Below are positions 54,006-64,000 of a stretch of DNA of 64,000 nt, piece after piece (the first letter of the stretch is position 1; every line of letters starts with the position of its first letter). Under the pieces are notes generated by a model that saw nothing but the letters and a program-made list of their open reading frames with translations, did no database searches and was not told the origin of the DNA. The position numbers were made by a program, and so were the translations under genes. Origin of the DNA: Azolla caroliniana (taxonomy: Eukaryota > Plantae > Polypodiophyta). The DNA is taken from contig JBHGNT010000004.1 of the NCBI GenBank assembly GCA_043228905.1, positions 24,924,001 through 24,988,000 of the forward strand, in the 5' to 3' direction.

Positions 54006-54196
54006 CTGGCATATACATACATACATACATACATACATGCATGCATGCATGCATGGAGGCATAGACACTACTGCCTCAAGCATATACATACATACATACA
54101 TACATACATACATACATGCATGCATGGAGGCATAGACACTACTGCCTCAAGCATATACATACATACATACATACATACATACATACATACTACTAC
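54006..54196 (-). repeat. (TATG)n-based repeat with a duplicated 71-bp unit; putative 5'-UTR intron of the GT106 gene
   Basis: GTAGTA donor at 54196 and GCCAG acceptor at 54006 on the minus strand. The interior is microsatellite plus two gaggcatagacactactgcctc units. Confidence 0.6.
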
Positions 54197-55463
54197 CTCC
54201 TCTGCCCTTTGTCTCTCGAGTCTCGGCCACGGCTCTCTCTCAAACATAGTCTTCACTCGCTCCATGGACTGCCTTTTCCCGTAAATATCTAACAATTATA
54301 CTCTTGTTCACGATCCCCCCCATACATGGTCTCAAATTTCTTCGATTTGCACTCATCGCCTAACCCAACAATCTTCCCTTCGTTTTTGAGTAAGTAATCA
54401 TGCTTGTGTATTCTAGCTATTTAGCTCGCTCGATCTTCTGACTGTTAATAGTGTGGAAATGATTGGTCATGCCACTTTAGGCTAATAGAAGTATTGTGCC
54501 TAGCTAATTACCCATGGATGATAGGCATTCATGGGCACATCGGACTCTACACTCTATGAGAAATGAACATTATGTCGTACATTTTTTACCAAATGGTAAT
54601 ATTTTATGTTATTTTAACACACAAGGGATATTGTTGACGTTGTCGTGGTCACTGGGTTTATATCTTATTATTCGTTTTAGTTTTGAAAGCTTCATTTAAT
54701 GTTAATATGGTAACAATGAAGTACATACATATACAAATAGCTAGGTTCAAAAGGGTGTTCATGAAGTCTATCTTACTAGAAAGGTTTTTGTAATGTCAAA
54801 TCTCAATATGGATCTTACTCAAACTCTAATGTATTGGAGTAGTGGTAACGTGTTTTTCAACTTCAAGGTTGTGGATCCAAGTGTCGAGAGAGTGGTTTTA
54901 CCATTGCATATATTATACAGTTTATAGAGATGGTAGGTAGTTCGAGATCATGCATGCACGCTCTGTTTATTCCCAGAAAATTGATTGTACAATGTGAGAT
55001 CAATATTTTCTCCACACCTCAAGGAAAGAAAATGATACTATTATGATTTGAAAGGTAAATATAAATATAAATATATATATATATATACACACACACTAGA
55101 TCGGGACATATATATTTTTTACATGATGGCTTACTATGTGTCAATAATAAAAACTGTTCCATTCACATTAATGGGATCTCTTCATATTTAAGGGCCCATT
55201 CTAATAAGTATTGTGAAGTAGACCTTTCTTTGAAATCCCTAGTTTCCGGAGTGCACATTCAATTTTATACTCTTTGAGAAAAAAGGCTTAATTTGAAAAA
55301 TGATAATCACATCAGCCCATACATTGAAAAAGCTTAATAGTCACAGACTTTGTATGAGTTTAATAGAAGAATGATATCGTTTAAATACGAAATCACCTCA
55401 TTTGCTATTTTCACCTTGTACCTGACATCAACGCCCTATAAGGTTGCCTCATGATTCATTAGC

Positions 55464-55709
55464 TAGGAATCGGCAATGACTCGGCTCAAGCCTAAATCGA
55501 ACCGTCAAACCGTAGTTTTGCGGTTCAATTCAATTCGGTTTAGGCTTGAGCTTCCTTAACCGGTTTGAGCTCAATTTGGGATTGCTCAAACCGGTTAAGC
55601 CTAAACCGGTTACCAAGCATGTTAAGGCTTAACGGCTTGGCTAAACCGGTTTAGAAACCGGCTCAATTCAGATTTGGAAACCCCTAAACCGAACCGTTGT
55701 CGATTCCTA
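55464..55709. mobile_element. hAT-like MITE with AACCG subterminal repeats, copy 2
   Basis: 13-bp TIR taggaatcggcaa / ttgtcgattccta (12/13). 8-bp TSD tcattagc / ccattagc (7/8). Dense AACCG motifs. Confidence 0.85.
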
Positions 55710-58700
55710 CCATTAGCGTGAGTTATCTCCTCCTACGTTATTTAAAAAGAGGTAATATGACAAGCTTATTATTGTCATTTTATGCTCTTGTAAGGTAACT
55801 CCAATATCCATTTCACCATGCATTAAGCCTTGTGCCAAGTATTCTATTATGTCAAATATTGTCTTGTCTCGTTTAATATTCGATATTAGCATGCTATCCC
55901 TTGATCATGTGGAAAGATGATTGCAAAGCCAAAACCTCAATTACTTTATATAATGAGTGTGACACTAAGCCATTTGTTTTTATGTGGGAAAGCATGGGCT
56001 ATACACATACCCCCATCACATTGATAAATACAATATGATAACTAGCTTATAAAGGCAATACCTTCACATTATGTTGACACATGCAACAATATGTGCTGTC
56101 TTAAATGACTCTTGACAAAAAATACTATTAAGAAAAACAATGTCATATTCTATGTAAAAGCGTGTTTTATTGTAATGTCTCTACGAGTATTAATATATTT
56201 TCTTATCAATATAAAAGAGACTTTCCTTATACATAGGAAACATGTGTATATTATACTTTGTGTGGGAACTACTCATTATGTGGCAATGACTTGTGGCCAA
56301 TGGGATTGTTATGTAAAAGGGATATGTCAAGGTGTCCAACTAGTATAAAAAGGGAAAAAATCTCATTATAAACTAGCCTTTTGATGCTACAACTACTTAC
56401 AATCCTAATTCTCTCTCTATTACCTCTATTATGACTCATGAGTCACTTTCCTCCATGTATATTTTCCACCGTAAGCGATAGAGGTAACTATGTTTCTTAT
56501 CTAGTAATATATTTAGTTGAGGCATACACATTTATGAATTAGCTCAATTTTTGCTTGTATACTAATTCTAGGTAATTAAGAAACGTGTAAACCTCCCATG
56601 GTGGCATGGAGCTGAGATGTAGGTCCTTTAGTGTTGGAGCATGAAGTGATATTTGCCATTGAGAAGTGATGCCCCCAACTTCCAATGCACAATTACCTCA
56701 TTATAAAGAAGGCAACCCATTTAACTAAAGGACTATATTCTTTTTTGGTAAAAATGTCACCGACTCTACAAAAAATTCAAACACAAATATAACCATTGCA
56801 AACGAGACAAAGCTCGTCTCATATGTATTGTCAATGACCAAAGTCTCATGTCTTGGTTGTAAGTGATTTACAATGGGATACTTGAGAATGTTACATATCC
56901 CAACAACAATAACTTGATATAATCAACTTCTTCCCATTAGTTCACATGGAGGGAGCCAATGATTTGTACTATGCGAGACATTTGATAGAACAATGAGTAA
57001 GCATTGACAAATTGTACAAAAAGTTATTTATTGGACACAATATCTCGAGGTGCCTTCCCTTGTATAATTTGTTGATTTGTGTGAGAAGAAATATCATAGA
57101 GAGGGAATTTATAAGGGTGTTACCTACAAAGTTTATAATCATAGGTAAACACCTAGGTATGAAATGAAATCACTAGGTAAAGTGGGTAAATTTGGAACAA
57201 AGAACTCTTTCGAGAGCTGGACAGACAACCCCCCACACCAAAAAACATAAGAGGTAAATAGAATAAAAAAACTGGTGAAGATGAACTACATGATTATGTC
57301 AATTTAGCTCGGAATCTATAATTACGTGGAGAGCAAAATTATGAAACATTAAATTATGTTCTATCGTATGTGTGTTAAATAGGAGGCCACAACCTTATAT
57401 ACGGTAAACCTTATAAAAGTCGACAAAAAGAAGGGTACCACAATAATGAGATTTCCTCACATTGTTGCAGTTTCAATGTAAGGATTCTTCCACGTTCCTA
57501 AATCCATCACAACGAATGATATCACATTACCATTACCCAAAACAAAAACAATAATTAGCATAAAGTTCTTGAGATGGGCAAGTCTAACTCCTTTATACGG
57601 TTGTAGATATAACATTGTTCCTCCTTCATCTTTATCACCCACTTGACTCATTCTTATGTTGCACATCTTGATCTTCTATTCTCAAGACTCCATCTACTCC
57701 GTTTGCAAATTTTGATCCTAACATTCACAATTTCCCATCCATTTTTGAGTACCTTGAGTCCAATTATGTGGTAGCGGTTGAGTATTCGTTAATTTTCATA
57801 CATGGGTTGGGTAACCTCGATAGAAATGTTGGCAAAGAATTTTTGTTACCTTGTTTGGTTGATTCATATCTCTATACCACTAATGAAACAATAGGATCAA
57901 ATCTACACCCAAAACCATCTATGCCCACAATATAGACAAACATCAATTAAGACACATTTGTTACCCGTAGATTAACAAAACCGCCGTCGTCAAATGTTGA
58001 TGAAAGGATGAGGGTCTAGTCCCATCCTTATACGTACTTAGGGGAGATTGTTGAAACAATGATGAAAGGGATAAAAGGGCCACCAAGTTTGGAGGGTCAA
58101 AGGTAAAACCCATGCTACATTCCATTAATACTAAGGTGAATCTTTATTCAAAAGAAAAGAAAAACATCCATCCTACATTACGTTTCTTTGTAGGATAACA
58201 CAAAATTTGCAAACCAATTATGGGAGCTCAACTCACTATTTATCATGGGGTGATGCCAAGCACATGATTTGCCCCACCACCATTATGTGTTTATTTTCAA
58301 TTTAAGAATTTTACTAAGGTAACCTTACTAAACTAAAAGTCTCGTATGTGATGTATTAAGGCAATGCTTTCACTCATGTGAAGTCTCTATATATGATATA
58401 TGATGTGCTTCAACATGTGGTGTTTAGTTTCCTTTTAGTTTTCATGGATTAGTTAGTTGGTCTCATGAGCCCAAAATCCAATAGAAAGAAAACGGCCAAC
58501 CTTTTCTAGTAAAAGCATTAATACAAACAAATTTTATTTCTTTTAAGATTCACATTGACATTGTCTGTGCCTTCACATTCTTTTTGTTTTTCCTCGGTTA
58601 GGATTGTGTCCTCAAATCTAAAACCAACTAAAAGGAAACTTTCCCTTTATTGTTTTTGTGAAGATGGACACATAAATCAATGTCACACTAGTGGATATCC

Positions 58701-58949
58701 ACGTGTAAAAAATGAACATATATTAAACCATATCAAGACAAAGATGGTTCAAAGGAGAAAAGAAGTATGTACATTCATCGATGCAATACACACTAAGAAT
58801 TGTTTCAAAACTCTAATATCTTTGGTTGGCACCAAGTGTTTTTTTTTCTTTGACAAAAAGATGGTCAAATGATCAATTCCAAACAAGATTAATCAATGAC
58901 CAATTCTTAGACGTAAAGTCTCTACATATATGATCAACTAGTTGAAAAT

Positions 58950-59290
58950 AACAAGAAAGGTAGATATGGATAACATTGAGCAATATTATTAGTTCCATCA
59001 AATTATATCAAAGCAATGGATAAAGGTTATCGATTCCAAACAAGGCTCACCCTTGACAATAAAACATTTGAAAAAGATGAGGAAACTAGATAATTGGTAG
59101 ATTGGTGCAATCTTATTATTTCAATTGAAATCATATCAAAACATTGGATAAGGTTATCAATTCCAAAGAAGTTTCAACTTTTACATAATTCATTTGGATC
59201 AACATTCAACATTCGATCTTTAGAAAATAACGAGAAAGTTAATAATGGATAAGATTGTGAAGTCTTTGTCAATTCGATTGTAATTGCACC
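58950..59290. repeat. Degenerate ~125-bp tandem repeat downstream of the GH36 gene
   Basis: Recurrent atatcaaa.ca.tggataa.ggttatc.attccaaa and atggataa.attg. Confidence 0.6.
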
Positions 59291-59478
59291 AAGACTATCG
59301 TTTGAATGCAATGGATCGGCTTACATAATGAATACATTTTCCTTCAAAATTTGTCGAAGTTTTAATTTTTTTATTAAAACCATACTAATACTTGGTGGGT
59401 TAAGTTAAGTAGATTTGTGTATTGATAATGATGGTAAGTAATGGTGGTAGCAAGTTGCAACTCTGTATGGATTTTTTC

Positions 59479-60025
59479 TCAAAATGTGAAAATAAGGTCT
59501 TGAGCAAAGCCTTCCAATTGTGGTATTAAGACTTTAAGAAGGCCAGAGAGAGGATCGTAGGAGAATTGCAGGTCGAGTTTGTTCAAGAAGCAATGCTTTG
59601 GTTGAATCGAGGCATATGCTCCGAACTCACCACATCCATGTATTTTCATCTCAACCCATGATGAAGAAGAGGAGGTGTTGTTACATACGACCTCCTCACT
59701 CACATGTTGTTCCAATTGTTTCTCATCTTCATGATAGTGAAGTGCACGAATAGCACCCCCGGAGTTGAACATGTGAAGCAAGCCAATGGGAGCAAAATGC
59801 GCCCCACACCCCACCAATCTCTGCAGAGCAACAAAAGAGAAATTGGTCACCATTAGACAATAATGCAAGAAGATCCCAATCCAGGAATATTTGTATATGC
59901 ATTTGTGCATGTATATATGTATGTGTATATGCATACCTTGATTGGAGAAACTGTAAAGATTTCATATTCTAGAACATTTAAAAGGATGGGTAGGGCAGAG
60001 CTCTTTGCAAGAGGGAGAAGGTCAC
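59479..60025 (-). CDS. Raffinose synthase / seed imbibition protein (GH36 alkaline alpha-galactosidase) family, last two exons; upstream exons lie outside the window
   Basis: Exons 60025-59937 (GDLLPLAKSSALPILLNVLEYEIFTVSPIK) and 59820-59479 (FAPIGLLHMFNSGGAI...MKIHGCGEFGAYASIQPKHC...FSYD...GLL), matching the SIP/RS C-terminus. Confidence 0.88.
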
Positions 60026-60052
60026 CTGAAATTTTTTCACATACCACTTACA

Positions 60053-60642
60053 TGAAGCACCTTTTTGCCGTGGATGATGCCAAGATTAAAGGTGTGCCAC
60101 CGCAGAATCTAAATCTCCTCTCCTCCCTAAATCATAGCCCTCAATTGGCTTTTCTTTCTCTCTTTCCTTTTTCGTCCAAATTGCATAAAGGTATAAAAGG
60201 GCGGTTTATGAAGACGAAAAAGGCAGAGCCTTGTAAATGCTCTCTGTGCATCCGGTAGTGAATCCCCCTTTTAGGTCATAGGCATATCTTAGTTCTCTCT
60301 GGTTGTTATTTCAGATAGCAATATATGCTACCAGTGTGTTGGTTAGAGTTTTTGATACAATCAATGTATGCTTTATATTGAGTTCCTATATGATATATAC
60401 AAGCTCTGTAGAAGCTTGAGTGACTTATGTGAGTTAGGATTCAGTTGTAGCTTGAAAGACATATTGCAAATCAGATTTATCGTTCATGTATGTTCATCCA
60501 TACTAGTTAATCTATTAAGTTTTTGTCTTTATGTTTTGTTCCTTCCTCCACCTACTCTTTCACCTTTGCATATTCATTCACAGAAATAGACACATCTATT
60601 TGTGTGTATACTTACTTGATTCTGTTCACTTGTGTTCCTTCA
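60053..60642 (+). mobile_element. 5' LTR (590 bp) of Ty1/copia element
   Basis: Begins TGAAG and ends CTTCA (5-bp inverted ends). TATAAAA at 60192. Followed after 1 nt by the PBS. Predicted left TSD ttaca (60048-60052). Confidence 0.8.
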
Positions 60643-60643
60643 A

Positions 60644-60657
60644 GGTTATGGGCCCAC
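60644..60657 (+). promoter_or_regulatory. Primer-binding site complementary to the anticodon arm (5' half) of tRNAiMet
   Basis: GGTTATGGGCCCAC is the reverse complement of GUGGGCCCAUAACC in plant initiator tRNA-Met; it is not the usual TGGTATCAGAGC. Confidence 0.85.
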
Positions 60658-60801
60658 ACAACTTCCGTTGTGCCATTATTCATTAGTTATCCATCACCAA
60701 GTTCACAGATTAGTAATCAATAGTACATTCATCCCTAGATTATTAATCCCTCACATTGTAGTCCCTCATTCATTAGTAATTGATAACATCTAGAGTTAGA
60801 G

Positions 60802-63800
60802 ATGGCAAACCTGAAAGATTGTATCATTGAAAAGTTCATTGGTAATAATTTTCCATTGTGGAAATGGAGGATGGAGATACTACTCGATGATAAGGGACTC
60901 CTGAAGATAGTCAACGGGGAGGAAGTGGCACCGAAGAAAGAAGGAGATACAGAGGCTTACAACAAAAGAGAGAAGAAAGCATATGCACTCATTGGACTCA
61001 ACTTAGGGGATAGACAAGCTGAGGAGATAAGGCACACCAAAACGGCTAAGGAGGCATGGGATACATTGATGAAGTTGAATGAATCAAGCACGATGGCTAA
61101 CGTCCTTCGACTCAAAAGAGAATTTTTAACAACAAAAATGAAGCCGGGTGATAAAGTTCGTGAACATGCTCAAAAACTTAGAAATATTGCATCTCAGCTT
61201 CAAGTGATTGGCCATACGCTTCCCAAAGATGAGGTAACATACATTTTACTTAACAGTTTGCCTAGTTCATATGGGCATCTTGTGGTTTCAATGCATGATT
61301 CAGATGCAGTTCAAGACCTAGACAAACTAATGGCAATATTAGAACAAGAGGAGCAACGACAAAGTTTACAAAGGGAAGAGTCTTCTATTAATGAACATGC
61401 TCTCCTAACCCATTCAGGTAAGAGACATGATTATGTTAAGAATTGGCATGAAAAATTTCAGAAAACTTCACAAAAGGGATGGGAAGGAAATGTCAGTGCT
61501 TTTCGACCAATGGATCCATCTCAAGTGGTATGTCATTACTGCCAAGAAAAGGGACACATTGCACGTGGGTGTGCTAAGAAGGTAGCAGATAATTATAGAA
61601 GGAGGAGGGAAAACAAAGACACGGAAGGTGTAGCGCTCATGGCATCACTACATGACATTGAAGATGATGAAGCAATCACAAATACAAATCTACTAACTTG
61701 GTATGTAGATTCTGCTGCATCAGCTCATATGTGTAAAAACAAAGAATTTTTCACAGAATATCATGTTTTCGATAATCCACGCCCAATATTTTTGGGAAAT
61801 GGTGCACACATAATGGCCATTGCAATAGGAGATGTGAAGATTAGAGAAGGAATCATTCATAATGTATTGCATGTTCCTCTCATAAAGAAAAATCTATTGT
61901 CTGTTGATGCACTAGATATAGCTGGTATAAAGGTTGTTTTTTCAAAAGGATTGTGTGAATTATGGAGAGGAAACATGCTTCTTTTTGAAGCAAAAAAGAA
62001 GCATGGATTATATAGATTAGATGTAAACATTCATCATCATTCAGCAAATATTGTTGCTGAAGATTTTGGGAAGAAAGCCTTACAATGGCATAAAAGATTC
62101 GGGCATGTCAATTTTGACAAACTTAGGAAAGTAAGGGACATTAATATCTCAAACAAAGAAATTCTCCAAGTAAGTCAACAATACTTATGTGAGAGTTGTC
62201 AGCTAGGCAAGTTTACTCGACAACCATTTAATACAAAAAGGGGAATTTTAGCTAGTAGGCCTCTTGAATTAGTCCATATGGATCTTTGTGGCCCAATGCA
62301 TGTGCCATCAATAGGAGGAGCAAGATACTTATATGTTGTCACAGATGATTATACACGAAAAACTTTTGCATATCCTCTTTCATGCAAAGATGACACTTTT
62401 GAGTATTTTCAAAAATTTAAGGCACTCACAGAGTCTGAACTTGGGCTCTCAATAACCAAAGTAAGATCAGACAGAGGTGGAGAGTTCAAGTCACATATTT
62501 TTGGCTCTTTTTGTTCTAATCATGGTATTACACAAGAATTTACCCCTAGCTACACTCCTCAACTAAATGGTGTGGCTGAAAGAAAAAATAGGACTATCAT
62601 GGATATGGTAAGATGTATGTTGATAGATAGCAAATTATCATTAGAATTTTGGGGAGAAGCATCCAAATGTGCAGCATATATACTCAATCGACTCCCAACA
62701 AAGCTTATACGTGGAGGATGCCCGGAGGAAATTTGGCAACAAAAAAGGGTTAGTATAACTCATCTTCGTCCTTTTGGTTGCAAGGCATACTTCCATGTAC
62801 CTCGTCCACTTCGTCATAAGTTGGATCCAACTGCCAAGCAAGGAATTATGATCGGATATGAGGATCCAGGCTATGGGTATAGAGTTTGGAATGAAGAGCA
62901 AAAACGAGTGTTTGTCACTCGCAACGTGTTGTTCGATGAAGATCATTTCCCTTGCAAAATGCAAGAAGAAGATAATGCAAAGTGGGAAGAGGCAATACAT
63001 TTGGAGCTTGAAGCGCATCAAAAAAACGGTACATGGGAACTTATAAAAGGAAGTGAAAGGCAACAAACCATAGGTTCCAAATGGGTGTTCAAAATCAAGA
63101 GAGGATCAAATGGGACTCCTATCAAATACAAGGCTAGATTAGTAGCTCAAGGCTTCAAACAAATCGCTGGCATTGATTTCACTGAAACTTATGCGCCAAC
63201 TGCCCTCATCACTTCCATTCGGGTCGAATTAATAAAGGCATGTGCACAAGGTTGGGAAATCCATCAAATGGATGTAAAAACAGCTTTTCTTAACGGAGAA
63301 TTAAATGAAGAAATATATATGACATTACCAAAGATGAACAAGGAGGAACCAACGCAAACATGTCGACTTAAGAAGTCACTTTACGGCTTAAGGCAAGCTG
63401 GAAGATGTTGGTATATCCGCCTCCATAATTTCTTTCTACAAAATAATTTTACTTGTTGCAAATCGGATCAAAGCATCTATGTTCTTTGTAACAATAAAAA
63501 ACATATTATTGTTGCGGTATATGTTGATGATATAATCATCATGGCCAATACATTTTCAGCCACCCAATATTTAAAAGACATCTTAAACGCAGAATTTGAC
63601 ATGGAAGATATGGGTGTCATCTCCTTTTGCTTAGGGATTGACATTTTATACAAACAAGGTAAAAGAGCTATTCACTTCTCCCAACAAGGATACATTTCAC
63701 AAATATTGGAAAGGTTTCATATGGCAAGTTGTTATCCAACAAGCACACCTATGGAAGGACTGTCACACCTTTCAAATCTTCATAACAAAGGTGATACGGT

Positions 63801-64000
63801 AAATTTTCCATACAGGTCATTAATTGGTTCTCTTATGTATGCTAGTATTTGTACAAGACCAGATATTTCATTTGCAACTAATAAACTAAGTCAATTCTTA
63901 GAGAACCCTAGCATTACTCATTGGAAAGCTGCAAAACGAATCTTAAAATATTTAAAAGGGACAAGTGACTTGGGACTTACATTTCAAGCTAGTTCCTCAG
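60802..64000 (+). CDS. Ty1/copia Gag-Pol polyprotein, single open frame running off the window end
   Basis: One frame carries NFPLWKWRM (Gag), CHYCQEKGHIARGC, WYVDSAASAHM (PR), WHKRFGH..CESC, LVHMDLCGP, RSDRGGEF, PQLNGVAERKNR (INT), YKARLVAQG, HQMDVKTAFLNG, LKKSLYGLRQ, YVDD (RT). It is absent from the ORF track, consistent with no stop before 64000. Confidence 0.96.
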   Translation, partial: MANLKDCIIEKFIGNNFPLWKWRMEILLDDKGLLKIVNGEEVAPKKEGDTEAYNKREKKAYALIGLNLGDRQAEEIRHTKTAKEAWDTLMKLNESSTMANVLRLKREFLTTKMKPGDKVREHAQKLRNIASQLQVIGHTLPKDEVTYILLNSLPSSYGHLVVSMHDSDAVQDLDKLMAILEQEEQRQSLQREESSINEHALLTHSGKRHDYVKNWHEKFQKTSQKGWEGNVSAFRPMDPSQVVCHYCQEKGHIARGCAKKVADNYRRRRENKDTEGVALMASLHDIEDDEAITNTNLLTWYVDSAASAHMCKNKEFFTEYHVFDNPRPIFLGNGAHIMAIAIGDVKIREGIIHNVLHVPLIKKNLLSVDALDIAGIKVVFSKGLCELWRGNMLLFEAKKKHGLYRLDVNIHHHSANIVAEDFGKKALQWHKRFGHVNFDKLRKVRDINISNKEILQVSQQYLCESCQLGKFTRQPFNTKRGILASRPLELVHMDLCGPMHVPSIGGARYLYVVTDDYTRKTFAYPLSCKDDTFEYFQKFKALTESELGLSITKVRSDRGGEFKSHIFGSFCSNHGITQEFTPSYTPQLNGVAERKNRTIMDMVRCMLIDSKLSLEFWGEASKCAAYILNRLPTKLIRGGCPEEIWQQKRVSITHLRPFGCKAYFHVPRPLRHKLDPTAKQGIMIGYEDPGYGYRVWNEEQKRVFVTRNVLFDEDHFPCKMQEEDNAKWEEAIHLELEAHQKNGTWELIKGSERQQTIGSKWVFKIKRGSNGTPIKYKARLVAQGFKQIAGIDFTETYAPTALITSIRVELIKACAQGWEIHQMDVKTAFLNGELNEEIYMTLPKMNKEEPTQTCRLKKSLYGLRQAGRCWYIRLHNFFLQNNFTCCKSDQSIYVLCNNKKHIIVAVYVDDIIIMANTFSATQYLKDILNAEFDMEDMGVISFCLGIDILYKQGKRAIHFSQQGYISQILERFHMASCYPTSTPMEGLSHLSNLHNKGDTVNFPYRSLIGSLMYASICTRPDISFATNKLSQFLENPSITHWKAAKRILKYLKGTSDLGLTFQASSS

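Noticed and set aside
54185-54200. let-7-like GAGGTAGTAG on the minus strand
   Set aside because: Only a 10-nt match at a splice donor/microsatellite edge, with no precursor hairpin; let-7 is animal-specific.
62641-63066. Antisense 141-aa ORF within the copia
   Set aside because: Shadow of the Pol frame with no recognisable features.

Overview
AT-rich, intron-containing land-plant nuclear DNA. A non-seed plant such as a fern is plausible from the transposon types, but this is inference. By manual splicing I reconstructed seven complete genes, all with GT-AG introns and open frames: ZW10 (-), an orphan protein with a probable mitochondrial presequence and a tandem ~119-aa repeat (-), a SagB/ThcOx-type nitroreductase (-), thioredoxin o (-), FIP1 (+), TRM9/ALKBH8-type tRNA methyltransferase (+) and a divergent GT106 'O-fucosyltransferase' (-). 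The last two exons of a raffinose synthase/seed-imbibition (GH36) gene (-) are also present. An apparently young Ty1/copia element (5' LTR 60053-60642, ORF open from 60802 to the window end) lies antisense in an intron of that GH36 gene. It has a half-tRNAiMet primer site and a very short INT-RT linker. Introns and spacers hold two hAT-type MITE families, chromovirus/copia/LINE relics, microsatellites and many local tandem duplications. The best candidates for novelty are the orphan repeat protein, the compact half-tRNA-primed copia and the GT106 enzyme with a rewritten GGLNQ motif. No database searches were run; family calls come from recognised motifs.
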